In this document: positions 31,609-41,149 of the stretch, in pieces | Numbering within the stretch: position 1 is the stretch's first letter | Layout: the number at the start of each line of letters is the position of its first letter | Assembly (NCBI GenBank): GCA_963840455.1 | Contig: CAWIYV010000014.1 | Span: 96,001 to 160,000 of the forward strand | Reading direction: 5' to 3' | DNA length: 64,000 bases | Source of the DNA: Nitrospirota bacterium | GTDB lineage: Bacteria; Nitrospirota; UBA9217 | The notes under the pieces: generated by a model | What the model was told of the DNA's origin: nothing | Database searches by the model: none | What the model saw: only the letters and a program-made list of their open reading frames with translations | Program-made: the position numbers and the translations under genes

Positions 31609-33120
31609 CTACCCAACTCCTTGTAACCGCTTTTCCAGTCTTTTTGCCAGTATCGACAGCGGATAGCTCATGCAGAAATACAGGATGGCCGCGACGAGCC
31701 CCAGCTCGAAGTACCGGAGCGTTGTCGCGGCGAGGATGCCGTAGGTCTTGGTGAGCTCCACCATGGCAATGACCGATACGATGGATGAATCCTTCAGGAG
31801 AGAGATGAAGTCGTTCGTGACCGACGGCAGGCTGATCCTGAACGCCTGGGGAAAGATGATCCGCCGGAAGGCCAGTGAACGGTGCATACCGAGGGACAAG
31901 GCCGCCTCCATCTGACCGCGGGGAACGGCCTCGATGCCTCCCCGATAAACCTCCGCCTCATAGGCGGCGTAGTTCATGCCAAGGCCGATGATGGCGGCGG
32001 CAAAGGGGGAAAGCGTGATGCCGATGTTCGGCAGGCCATAGTAGAGGATGAAGAGCTGGATCAGGAGCGGAGTGCCCCGGTAGATCTCAACATAGGCCGT
32101 CGAGACCGGTCTGAAGGGCCTGGGGCCGTAGAGCCGTGCAAAGGCGAGGAGCAGACCGAGCGCAAGCGCGAGGGCCATGGAAACCACGGACAGCAGAATG
32201 GTCATGACCGCGCCTTTGAGGAGGAGGGGAAAGAACGCGAACAGCGGAGCATCGTTGCTCGCAATGCGGAACCGCTGCCCGGCGTCGGGCGATGACGACT
32301 GTTCGAGCAGCTTCTCCTGCGCCTCGTCCCAAAGGCCCCAGGCCTCATACATGCGCTTGAGCTCTCCGCTCCGGAGCAGGTCCCCGATGACCGAATCGAT
32401 GACGTTCTTCAGGTCATCTTCGTCCTTCCGGAGGGCGATCCCGTAAAAGCCTCCACCTTCAGGCGGGCCGGCGTACTTGAGCCGCTGGTCGGGCTTTCCG
32501 TAGTACACGGTGATGGGCGTGTCGAGGAATACGGCGTCGAGCCTGCCCAGGGCAAGGTCCTCATAGGGCCAGGCCGCCGAGTATGACCGGATATCCACGC
32601 CATCGATCTTTTTGAGCATCTCGTGCGCCACCGCGCCGGCGAGGGTCCCGACCGTTCTGCCCCGGAGGTCCTTGATGCCGTTGATCATCCTCTCGTCCTT
32701 CCGGACCATGAGCTGGAGGGTGTAGTAATAGTAGGGACGGGAGAAGAGTACCCGTTTTTCGCGCTCGGGGATGATCTCGAGGCCGTTCATGGCCATGTCG
32801 TAATCGCCCCGCTCGAGCGCCGGGATGAGGCTGTCCCAGGCGGTCTGGACCAGCTGCGCTTTGACCCCGAGCCTGTTCGCGACGGCCTCGGCAATGTCGA
32901 GCTCGAAACCAATGAGCTTCGATGGGTCCTTGGGGTCGGGGAATACGTAGGGAGCTCCACCTTCGGCGTCGGAACCCCAAAGCAGCACTCCGCGTGCCTT
33001 GATCTTCTGAACGGTTGTGGAAGGTGCGGCAAACGATGAGGTCGGGGAGAGGAGAAGGAAGGCGCAGATCGGGAAAAGAATGACGCGGGCCGTGGTGCAG
33101 AACATGGTGAACACTAGCAT
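31609..33120 (-). CDS. Amino acid ABC transporter, fused substrate-binding domain and permease
   Basis: SBP family 3 motifs (GFELDIA, WDSLIPAL, FSRPYY) followed by YVEIYRGTPLLIQL and AYEAEVYRGG. Confidence 0.93.
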   Translation of the reverse strand: MLVFTMFCTTARVILFPICAFLLLSPTSSFAAPSTTVQKIKARGVLLWGSDAEGGAPYVFPDPKDPSKLIGFELDIAEAVANRLGVKAQLVQTAWDSLIPALERGDYDMAMNGLEIIPEREKRVLFSRPYYYYTLQLMVRKDERMINGIKDLRGRTVGTLAGAVAHEMLKKIDGVDIRSYSAAWPYEDLALGRLDAVFLDTPITVYYGKPDQRLKYAGPPEGGGFYGIALRKDEDDLKNVIDSVIGDLLRSGELKRMYEAWGLWDEAQEKLLEQSSSPDAGQRFRIASNDAPLFAFFPLLLKGAVMTILLSVVSMALALALGLLLAFARLYGPRPFRPVSTAYVEIYRGTPLLIQLFILYYGLPNIGITLSPFAAAIIGLGMNYAAYEAEVYRGGIEAVPRGQMEAALSLGMHRSLAFRRIIFPQAFRISLPSVTNDFISLLKDSSIVSVIAMVELTKTYGILAATTLRYFELGLVAAILYFCMSYPLSILAKRLEKRLQGVG

Positions 33121-33240
33121 TGATGCATCACTGTGTCAATACCGTTCCGTGTTCTGATCGGCTCAGTGTCCTGATCGACCTGTTCAGCACGAGCGAGAGT
33201 GACCGCATGGGCGGACCCGGGGGAGAGCTTCCGGTGCATA

Positions 33241-33336
33241 TTCATTCTGAACCTGCTGAAGGACTTCTTCCTCATGCGGGGATATGAGGTTCTGTGTTTC
33301 AGCGACCCGACCATCGTATGTCCCCTCTACGGGGAT
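33241..33336 (+). pseudogene. Fragment paralogous to the N-terminus of the downstream REC-PilZ gene
   Basis: FILNLLKDFFLMRGYEVLCFSDPTIVCPLYGD versus VVLLVLKDFFETRGYEVLAFREPVICPVYGD. Confidence 0.65.
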
Positions 33337-33578
33337 GAAGGAGAGGTGGCTGAAATAGCTTTGCGAAAAGAACAAGTCCTTGTTGCATCAGGAGAAATCT
33401 TGCTGCTACTTTTTGGCCTCAGATTAGCGCATCTTGACGCATATCGTATAATCCTTTATACTTAAAAAAAGAAGGCTGCCAAAGATACAGGCAGCTTCGG
33501 CAGGGATCTTTTCCGACCGGCGGGGTCGTTAATCTACAACAAAGGTCGTCATCGAGGAATTGGTGCAGGAGGTGCTGG

Positions 33579-34259
33579 ATGAGAAAACGTCGGGCCATAA
33601 TCTTCGATGATGAACCGGTGGTCCTGCTTGTGCTCAAGGACTTTTTCGAGACACGGGGGTATGAGGTGCTGGCATTCAGGGAGCCGGTCATCTGCCCGGT
33701 CTATGGCGATACAGCGGGATGTACGAACAAGGCTCCTTGCGGGGATGTTATCCTGGCGGACTACGGGATGCCAACGATGACCGGGATCGAACTGTTACAA
33801 GCACAGGCCCGGAACGAATGCAAACTGACCTCGAAGAACAAGGCGCTGCTTACGGGGTACAGGGACGACAGGAAGATGCAGGACATCAGGGATCTGGGGA
33901 TAGCGTTCTTCGAGAAGCCGGTCCTGTTCGACGAGCTGGCCCGCTGGGTCGATGAATGCGAATCGCGGATGGACCTCTCTCTCCCGCTGGGGATCAAGCG
34001 GAAAGAGGTTCGGGAATGCTGCAGCCTGGAGATATCCTATACCGCATCTTCGTCCGGCAGCGAGTTGTTCCGGGGCATCGCCATCAACATGAGTCCGTCG
34101 GGGTTTTGTCTCCGCACTTCAGGACCCCTGATGAAAGAGGAAACTGTGTTCTTGCAAACTGCCCTGCCACTCCTGTCCCCGGTCGCCATGGTGCGGTGGA
34201 TCGAAAGGACCGGCCAGGACGATTATCGTGCCGGCCTACAATGCTCTCCTGCACAGTGA
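33579..34259 (+). CDS. Response regulator receiver fused to a PilZ-like domain
   Basis: IIFDDE...LADYGMP...LLTG...EKP, then RKEVR and NMSPSG PilZ motifs. Confidence 0.85.
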   Translation: MRKRRAIIFDDEPVVLLVLKDFFETRGYEVLAFREPVICPVYGDTAGCTNKAPCGDVILADYGMPTMTGIELLQAQARNECKLTSKNKALLTGYRDDRKMQDIRDLGIAFFEKPVLFDELARWVDECESRMDLSLPLGIKRKEVRECCSLEISYTASSSGSELFRGIAINMSPSGFCLRTSGPLMKEETVFLQTALPLLSPVAMVRWIERTGQDDYRAGLQCSPAQ

Positions 34260-34543
34260 CTGTGGCGGTATGGTTCCTGCTCCCCACACTGCACCTGCTC
34301 GCCGTCCTCGAAGAGAACAACCTCAACGATAGTGAATAGCGTGGTTCTGTTGATGCCGGATGAGGGGCGGAACGGTCGGGTGAGGGGCTCGGGAGAGCGC
34401 AGAGCAGGGTGGTTGTCAGGCGGTCTTGATGCCGGCCTTCGTGAGGGTGTCGCGGCAGCGCTACAGCTGACCTGTCAAGAAGAATTCAGATAGCCCAGAC
34501 TGGACGGCGATGTGCGCCGCTTCGGGGGAACGACCGGTTGGGC

Positions 34544-34885
34544 TCAGCAGGTAATATGCAGTGCGGCAACAACTTTTTCCTTCTCATGCAGATCATTGAA
34601 CATCTTGATCGCCTGTTTTGTCTTTTCCACGCGGACCTCGATGCCCTTGGAGGTGAGGTAATTGCGGATCTGGTCGGGAATGGAAAGAACTCCCGCATAG
34701 CCGGTCCCGATGATCAGGATCTCGGGTTCGAACTTGACAATATCGGCAAATTCCCGGATCTGGGGGCGGTGCTCCTCTTCGCGGACCCACGATGTCTCAA
34801 CGCGGTCCGGGTACACGACCACGTCGCTCGTATAGTTTTTCCCCTCAATAGTTATACTGCCGAATGTGAAGGACTCTATTTTCAA
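34544..34885 (-). CDS. Mth938-like (DUF498/DUF598) protein
   Basis: IESFTFGSITIEG...IIGTG...AALHITC; TTG start after GAGAGG. Confidence 0.88.
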   Translation of the reverse strand: MKIESFTFGSITIEGKNYTSDVVVYPDRVETSWVREEEHRPQIREFADIVKFEPEILIIGTGYAGVLSIPDQIRNYLTSKGIEVRVEKTKQAIKMFNDLHEKEKVVAALHITC

Positions 34886-35087
34886 CGAATACCTCTCAAG
34901 TCGTTGAATGGATTTATACCACGGAAAGCAGCAAGAATCAACACGTTCATCGGCATGCGGCGTCAAGAGCCATCATACCCCGGAAGTACAGGTATAGGGT
35001 GGAAGACCGGGACCGACGTTCGCCTCTGCGCCCGGTCCGGTGCGAGCCTCCGGGCATGAGCAGACGTTGACCGGCAGGTCATTTCCC

Positions 35088-35270
35088 TCATCGGCACTGC
35101 TTCGGTCTTTCCCGGCCATCCTGCTTCTCGCTGCATTGCAGGTTCTTGTGGACCAGGCTCTTTTTCTTCCGACAGTAGAGCGCGATGAAGGTCCTGCAGC
35201 TTCGGGACCCGTCAACGGCCTCGGATTCCGGGAATACGGCGAACTTGCAGTCAAGATCGCAAAAGTCCAT
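35088..35270 (-). CDS. Small cysteine-rich hypothetical protein
   Basis: MDFCDLDCKFA...DGSRSCRTFIALYC...KNLQC; SD GGGAG. Confidence 0.7.
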   Translation of the reverse strand: MDFCDLDCKFAVFPESEAVDGSRSCRTFIALYCRKKKSLVHKNLQCSEKQDGRERPKQCR

Positions 35271-35617
35271 GGGACAGCTCTCCCATGCCATATGTACGGA
35301 TCAGCTACTATGAGGCTCTATTATAGCCGCCTCTGGAGAAAAAGCAGCGGGTTGACTCCCGGGACATGACACTGCCGGAAAACCCGCTTTGAAAATCCTT
35401 ATTGCTGGTGTATCTTGTCACAGATATTCGGTTTCTGAACAGGCTGGCGCCCTTGGCGGCAGGATGACTGCTGCGACGGACGCGGCCGGCGACCGTTGGT
35501 TTGCCCGCGATGAAAGCTGTGAGATCATTTCAATACGAACGACCAACGGGACATAAATCGCCTGCGAAATGACCGTTGACGGGCAGATCTATTGCATTTC
35601 ACCGGGGTAGATCGGTC

Positions 35618-36556
35618 GTGAGAACGCTTATCTTCCATGACGGGGCACTGGGCGACGTGCTCCTGTCGCTGCCGTGCATCACGGCGATCGGGAAGCATCC
35701 CGCATCGCTCGAGGTCGTTTGCCGTGACGACGTGGGCAGGCTGCTCAAAGCATCAGGTGTCGTCCATAGCGCGTACTCCTCGGACAGCAACCTATTCTCG
35801 CCATGGTATGCCGGCCGACTGGACAATGCCGCCCGGGAGCTGTTGGGCTGCTACGGTCGGGTGTTCGTGTTCACGCTCCGGGAGGGCTCTGATCTTGCGA
35901 AGAACATCGCGCGGACCGTCCCGGACACGCGGGTCATCATCACGGTCCCTCCCGCGGATGACCGGACGCATGTGGCCGAGTTCCGTCTGATGCAGTTGCA
36001 GGACGCGCTGTGTCATGATGGCCCGGTCCGGCTGTCCGTTCCTCCTGATCTCCGACGGCAGGCGAGGGAGGTCCTCACGCGGGCAGGCCATGACGGGCAG
36101 AAGCGTCTGATCGTCCTGCATCCCGGGAGCGGTGGAAAGCGCAAGTGCTGGCCCCTGGAGCGGTATTTCGAGCTCGCTGAACGGGTGGCGGAAACATCCG
36201 GCGCGTTCATCCTGTTTCTCACCGGGTTCGCGGAAGAGCTGCTCATCAGGGAACGGATCGAAGGGTTCGTGCGGGCACGGACGGGCATGGCACATGTCGC
36301 AGATTCTGACCTCACTACCGTCGCGGGGATCCTCGCACAGTGCGGACTCTTCGCAGGGAATGATTCTGGCATCTCGCATCTTGCGGCTGCGGTAGGTGTG
36401 CCGGTTGTCGCGCTCTTTGGCCCCACGGACCCCGCGCTCTGGAGGCCTTGCGGCGAGACTGTCCGGGTGGTCGCTGCCAGGACCATGGAAGGCATATCTG
36501 TGGAAGCGGTCCTTGTCGCGGCAGAGGAGACCGGTGTGCGGACCGTCTCTGCCTGA
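35618..36556 (+). CDS. Glycosyltransferase family 9 (heptosyltransferase-like)
   Basis: GALGDVL, LHPGSGGKRKCW, GNDSGISHLAAA, LFGPTDP. Confidence 0.9.
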   Translation: MRTLIFHDGALGDVLLSLPCITAIGKHPASLEVVCRDDVGRLLKASGVVHSAYSSDSNLFSPWYAGRLDNAARELLGCYGRVFVFTLREGSDLAKNIARTVPDTRVIITVPPADDRTHVAEFRLMQLQDALCHDGPVRLSVPPDLRRQAREVLTRAGHDGQKRLIVLHPGSGGKRKCWPLERYFELAERVAETSGAFILFLTGFAEELLIRERIEGFVRARTGMAHVADSDLTTVAGILAQCGLFAGNDSGISHLAAAVGVPVVALFGPTDPALWRPCGETVRVVAARTMEGISVEAVLVAAEETGVRTVSA

Positions 36557-36660
36557 CCATGTTTCTGCGTTTGAATCGATGAGCGAGCGATGAGGATGAC
36601 GAAACCGCCTTGAGGATCGAAGATTCCCGGCAGCATGCCGCACGGAGCTTCACTATGACC

Positions 36661-37290
36661 ATGATGAGCAGGATCGACCTACACGTGCACTCGAGGAACA
36701 GCGGGGACAATGATGCGGACCCCGAGGAGACCGTCGAACGCGCCATCGAGCTCGGCCTCGACGGCATCGCCTTTACGGAACATTACTCGTACGGCGCCTC
36801 GGAGCTTGTCGAGAGGCTGCGGGAGAAGTACGGGAGCGCGATCATGCTCTTTCGCGGCGTCGAGTTCTCCGCCGCCGAAGGCCACTGCCTCGTCTTTGGC
36901 GCAGACACGGACAAGCTGGCCATCAAATACGCTGCCTTCGCCGAAGTCGTCCGCACCGTGGCGGACGTAGGCGGTGTGGTAGTTCCCTCCCATCCGTACC
37001 GCGGGTCGAACAGCCTGGGGGAACTGATTACCCGGATCCCGGGCATCTGCGGTGTGGAGGGTTACAACGGCGCCAACATGCACGCCATGAATGCGAAGGC
37101 CATCGAGACAGCGGGCAGGCTGAACCTGCCCTATACCGGCGGGTCCGATGCCCACCTGCCCCGTGAAGTGGGGTCCTGCTACACCGAGTTCGACGGCCCG
37201 GTCACCTACGACAATTTCATTGCATGCCTCCGGGCGGGGCGTTTCAGGGGCGTCGACACACGGAAGATATCGCGGCATGCTCTTCCGTAA
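36661..37290 (+). CDS. PHP domain phosphoesterase
   Basis: IDLHVHS, FTEH, GVE, GH, SHPYR, GGSDAH. Confidence 0.9.
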   Translation: MMSRIDLHVHSRNSGDNDADPEETVERAIELGLDGIAFTEHYSYGASELVERLREKYGSAIMLFRGVEFSAAEGHCLVFGADTDKLAIKYAAFAEVVRTVADVGGVVVPSHPYRGSNSLGELITRIPGICGVEGYNGANMHAMNAKAIETAGRLNLPYTGGSDAHLPREVGSCYTEFDGPVTYDNFIACLRAGRFRGVDTRKISRHALP

Positions 37291-37429
37291 GTCTTGCCGT
37301 AGAGCCGTTTTCCTGACGAATCCCTCGGTGACAAAGTCACAGACTTCCTACCCTTCCTGCAGTATACTCACTTCTAGTAGAGCGGCACGATGACGTGCCG
37401 CCAACCTATCCGCGAGGAGGATACACTAT

Positions 37430-37621
37430 ATGAAGAAGAACGTCGGTTCCATTGAGAGGGTCGTCAGGGTCATTGCAGGCATAGCCATCCTTTCCTTTGC
37501 TTTTGTGGGGCCCCAGTCCCCCTGGGCGTACCTCGGCATCATCCCGCTGGCAACGGGCCTGATGGGCTGGTGCCCGGCCTATGCGCTCCTGGGCATCTCG
37601 ACCTGCAAGAACTGCAAATAG
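37430..37621 (+). CDS. DUF2892 (YgaP-like) membrane protein
   Basis: NVGSIERVVR...GWCPAYALLGIST. Confidence 0.9.
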   Translation: MKKNVGSIERVVRVIAGIAILSFAFVGPQSPWAYLGIIPLATGLMGWCPAYALLGISTCKNCK

Positions 37622-37667
37622 TCGAACCATTCCGAAGGGGTATCCCCTCTGCAACGAAGAAAAACTG

Positions 37668-37698
37668 AGGCCCCGTCCGCGGACGGGGCCTTTTTTTT
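37668..37698 (+). terminator. Intrinsic terminator
   Basis: AGGCCCCGTCCGCGGACGGGGCCT followed by a T run. Confidence 0.85.
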
Positions 37699-37795
37699 GG
37701 CCCCTGCCATTGACCGCCCGCGGGATCAGCGTTATAATCAAAAAGGATAGCGATGGTCCTAATTAAGGGCCGGGCGGTCGGAAAGGAGGCAAGCC

Positions 37796-38680
37796 ATGAT
37801 CGTCATAACGGGAGCAACCGGCAAGACCGGGAGCGCTGTAGCGGAAGCGCTCACTGCGAAAGGACAGAAGGTCCGTGTCATCGGAAGGGATGCAGCGAAA
37901 CTCAAGGGCTTTACTGCAAAGGGTGCCGAGGCCGCGGTCGGGGACCTGGGGGACAGGGCATTCTTGACCAAGACGTTCAAAGGCGCTGACGCGGTATATG
38001 TCCTCATCCCGCCGAACTTCAGGGTCGCTGACTTCCGGGCCTATCAGAAGCAGATCGGAGAGATCATCGTCGCGGCGATCAAGGGCAGCGGCGTCAAGTA
38101 CGTGGTGCATCTGAGCAGCCAGGGTGCGCACCTGCCGGACAGGACCGGTCCCATCGTGGGGCTTCATGACCAGGAGGAACGGCTGAACAGTCTCGATGGC
38201 GTGAATGTCCTGCACCTGCGGCCGACCTACTTTATGGAGAACCTGCTCATGAACATCGATCTCATCAAAAAGATGAATATCATGGGGTCGGCAGTGCGGG
38301 GTAACGTGAAGTTCGCCATGATCGCCGCGAAGGATATCGGCGTCTACGCGTCCGAAAGGCTCATGAAGAGGGATTTTTCCGGCAAGTCCGTCCGGGACCT
38401 TCTGGGGCAGCGCGACCTGTCGCTGGACGAAGCGGCTGCGGTCATCGGGAAGAAACTGGGCAAGCCCGACCTCAAGTACGTGGCCTTCCCCTACGATGAC
38501 GCGGAAAAGGGCATGGTGTCCATGGGCCTGACGCCGGACATGAGCAGGCTCTACATTGAGATGAGCAAGGCCCTGAACGACGGGCTGTTCGCGGTGAACA
38601 TTCCCCGAACAAAGGAGAACACCACGCCGACCTCCATTGAGGAGTTCGCTGACGTCTTTGCGAAAATCTTCGGTGCATGA
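37796..38680 (+). CDS. NmrA-like NAD(P)H-binding protein
   Basis: VITGATGKTG, LRPTYFMEN. Confidence 0.9.
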   Translation: MIVITGATGKTGSAVAEALTAKGQKVRVIGRDAAKLKGFTAKGAEAAVGDLGDRAFLTKTFKGADAVYVLIPPNFRVADFRAYQKQIGEIIVAAIKGSGVKYVVHLSSQGAHLPDRTGPIVGLHDQEERLNSLDGVNVLHLRPTYFMENLLMNIDLIKKMNIMGSAVRGNVKFAMIAAKDIGVYASERLMKRDFSGKSVRDLLGQRDLSLDEAAAVIGKKLGKPDLKYVAFPYDDAEKGMVSMGLTPDMSRLYIEMSKALNDGLFAVNIPRTKENTTPTSIEEFADVFAKIFGA

Positions 38681-38773
38681 CCGCAGGTCCGGAGAACGGG
38701 ACGGCATTTCAGCCTCGAAAGACGGAATGCAAATTCTCTCTAAGCCTCGCACTCGTGCGAAGCGCCCTGGATT

Positions 38774-38803
38774 TTGACAGGGGTGCTTTTTTTATTGTAT
38801 AAT
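38774..38803 (+). promoter_or_regulatory. Sigma70 promoter of the groES-like gene
   Basis: TTGACA-18 nt-TATAAT. Confidence 0.7.
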
Positions 38804-38856
38804 GCATCCATGTCGAAAGACGACGCAGACAGCCTTTGATGAGGGAGGAGCAGAGC

Positions 38857-39429
38857 ATGAAGATCAGGCCGTTGAACGATTGGGCAGTGATCGTCCCGTC
38901 CGAAGCCTTGACGCGCACCGCCGGGGGGATCTTCATCCCCGATGCGGCAAAGGAGAAGCCGGCCGAGGGGACCGTCGAGGCCATCGGGCCCGGCGCTTAC
39001 GAGGAAGAGAAAAGGCAGGAAAAAAAGAAGGAGAAAAAGGAGCGGAAGTTCGTCCCCACGTCCGTGAAGCCCGGCGAGCGGGTCATGTATGACCGGTATG
39101 CGGGACAGAAGATCGACATACACGGAGAGGAACGGGTGCTGGTGCGGGAAAAGAACATCCTGGGTATCCTGCCGCCTGCGCCTGCGCGGCCGAAAGAGGA
39201 CCTGCCGCCCCTCATGCTGCCTGTGGCAACATCGGCCTCTTCGTCGACGGCGGTCGTGAAGCGGAAACACTCGCCGGTCATGGTGAAAAAGGAAGCACCG
39301 AAGCCCGCAGTGAAGAAGGCGGCGAAGATGAAGCCTGCGAAGAAAGCCGCTGTCAAGAAGACGGCCGCGAAGCCGAAGAGAACAGCGGCGAAAAAAGCCG
39401 CGTCAAAAAAGGGAAAGAAGAAACGGTAA
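38857..39429 (+). CDS. groES: GroES-family co-chaperonin with a Lys/Ala-rich histone-like C-terminal tail
   Basis: MKIRPLND...TAGGIFIPDAAKEKP...VEAIGPG...VKPGERV...ILGI, then a Pro-rich linker and KPAVKKAAKMKPAKKAAVKK... Confidence 0.85.
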   Translation: MKIRPLNDWAVIVPSEALTRTAGGIFIPDAAKEKPAEGTVEAIGPGAYEEEKRQEKKKEKKERKFVPTSVKPGERVMYDRYAGQKIDIHGEERVLVREKNILGILPPAPARPKEDLPPLMLPVATSASSSTAVVKRKHSPVMVKKEAPKPAVKKAAKMKPAKKAAVKKTAAKPKRTAAKKAASKKGKKKR

Positions 39430-39435
39430 CCGCCA

Positions 39436-40050
39436 ATGACCGGAAGCGGCGACGAACAAGGCCAAAGCGCCCGTGAGGCCAAGATCAGGGAGATCCTGCA
39501 GGAAGAACTGCAGGACGGCGAGGACCTGGCGAACGATGCACGGAAGATGATCGCGTACCTGCTTCGGGAGAAGAAGGGCTACCTCCCGGAGGAAGTGCGG
39601 AAGGGGTTGGCCTTCGAGGTGATGCTGGGACAGGAGGCCTTCTGGTCATCAGCCGATTTCATCGTGTCCGTGGAAGGCAGGATGGGCATGATCATTAAGT
39701 GCGCGGCCGGCTCGCTCGATTCCCGGGAGCGTCAGGCCGTTGCCGCTGCGCGGGTCATCGCCTCGCCGCCGGTACCGGTCGCGGTGGTCGCCGATCCGGT
39801 GACGGCGGTGGTCCTGGAGGTGGCGGGCGGCAAGGTCATCGGCGAGGGTTTTGGCGCCATTCCCACGAAGGAACAGTTACGAGAAATCCTGTCCGGGAAG
39901 ATGCCGCAAACCCTCGACGCCAGACGGCTGGAGAAGGAGAAGCGCATTTTGCTCGCCTTCGACGCCATCAAGTGCTGCGTGCCCCAGGGCGGGGACGGCG
40001 GCGTGCAGATCGGACCCGAACCGGGCGAAGACAAGAAATCCCGAAGCTAA
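39436..40050 (+). CDS. Stand-alone HsdR N-terminal-like (PD-(D/E)xK fold) protein
   Basis: YLLREKGY...SADFIV...MIIKC...RERQAVAAAR pattern. Confidence 0.6.
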   Translation: MTGSGDEQGQSAREAKIREILQEELQDGEDLANDARKMIAYLLREKKGYLPEEVRKGLAFEVMLGQEAFWSSADFIVSVEGRMGMIIKCAAGSLDSRERQAVAAARVIASPPVPVAVVADPVTAVVLEVAGGKVIGEGFGAIPTKEQLREILSGKMPQTLDARRLEKEKRILLAFDAIKCCVPQGGDGGVQIGPEPGEDKKSRS

Positions 40051-40052
40051 AG

Positions 40053-40159
40053 TTTCTCGCAAAGCCGCAAAGCTCGCAAAGAACAGAAAACAGAAAGATC
40101 TTTCTCTCTCGTTTATATTCGCTTAAATCTTTGAGGCCTTGGCGTCTTTGCGAGAGAAA
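40053..40159. repeat. Intergenic inverted repeat of the CGCAAAG family
   Basis: TTTCTCGCAAAGCCGCAAAG ... CTTGGCGTCTTTGCGAGAGAAA. Confidence 0.7.
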
Positions 40160-40209
40160 AGACTTTCGTTCCTTGTCGTTGATCTTATTTTTTCTCTTCA
40201 TCCCTGCCC

Positions 40210-41052
40210 ATGAACCAGCTCACCGAAGAGAGCTTCGAAAAGACCCTCCACGCCTTCATCCGGTCCGACCAGATCGACCTTCGCGGTGTCACCTTCATTG
40301 ACCCCTACGGCATGGTGGGGCTCCTCGAGATCGGCGAGCTGTGCATGCTCGAGGACATCAAGAAGACCGTCCTGCTTCCCCGTTCGTCCGAGGTCCTGCG
40401 CTACCTTGAGCGAATGGATTTCTTCTCCCATGCCAAGAGGTATTTCTCCCTCGACCCGATGCAGTCGCCGGCGACCGGAAGTGCCGGTGAATCCGATGTG
40501 CTGCTCGAGATCACCCCCATCGAACGGGCGAACGACATCCACTACATCGTCAGCAGGGTTGAGGAGCGGTCGCAGGCCATCCTGGCAAAGCACCTTCGCT
40601 ACGACGGCAAGGCCATCAACGGGTTCATCGTGGCCCTCTCGGAGATATGCCAGAACATCGTGGAGCACAGTGAGAACAAGGGATTCGTAGGCGTCCAGAA
40701 GTACCGGTACCCGAGCCTGGGCAGGAACATCGTCAAGATCGCGGTCATGGACGCGGGCATCGGGTTCCGCAGGTCACTTTCCGGCAGGTTCAAGCTCACG
40801 AGCGACCTCGAGGCCATCGAAAAGGCCCTGCTCCATGGCGCTTCGCGCCACGAGGAGGAGGGGAGGGGGCACGGACTTGCAGCGGCCAAGCGGTTCGTCG
40901 AGCAGTGGCAGGGCAGGCTTTCCATCCGTTCGGGCACGGCAAGACTGTCGCTCATTCCGAAGTGGGCGCGTGGCAGGGAACGGGAAATGAACCTCGTCAA
41001 TTTCCCCGGCAGCCAGATCAATATTATCCTTCCTGAAGTATTAAGCTCATAA
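40210..41052 (+). CDS. STAS-like domain fused to a HATPase (anti-sigma/serine kinase-like) domain
   Basis: IDLRGVTFIDPYG STAS motif; EICQNIVEHS N-box, DAGIG, GRGHGL, FPGS; no HisKA H-box recognised. Confidence 0.82.
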   Translation: MNQLTEESFEKTLHAFIRSDQIDLRGVTFIDPYGMVGLLEIGELCMLEDIKKTVLLPRSSEVLRYLERMDFFSHAKRYFSLDPMQSPATGSAGESDVLLEITPIERANDIHYIVSRVEERSQAILAKHLRYDGKAINGFIVALSEICQNIVEHSENKGFVGVQKYRYPSLGRNIVKIAVMDAGIGFRRSLSGRFKLTSDLEAIEKALLHGASRHEEEGRGHGLAAAKRFVEQWQGRLSIRSGTARLSLIPKWARGREREMNLVNFPGSQINIILPEVLSS

Positions 41053-41092
41053 GTAATTAATAATAAATAGAATAAATTAATGCAAAAAAACA

Positions 41093-41144
41093 TTGACAGG
41101 CGATGTATACTTTGTTATAGTTCAATTGATTCAATTGAACTATA
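41093..41144 (+). promoter_or_regulatory. Sigma70 promoter overlapped by a perfect 29-bp palindromic operator
   Basis: TTGACA (41093)-17 nt-TATAGT (41116); palindrome TATAGTTCAATTGA-T-TCAATTGAACTATA at 41116-41144. Confidence 0.85.
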
Positions 41145-41149
41145 TTGCC

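Noticed and set aside
35440-35515. GGGCAAACC on the minus strand suggesting a second GEMM riboswitch
   Set aside because: No GNRA-capped P2 stem or GACGCAAAGC/GACGGAAAGC junction follows.
38741-38790. Possible CIRCE element before groES (GCACTC...GGTGCT)
   Set aside because: Spacing and arms do not fit TTAGCACTC-N9-GAGTGCTAA.
39436-40050. Type I restriction-modification system
   Set aside because: Only a stand-alone HsdR-N-like domain; no hsdM, hsdS or helicase nearby.
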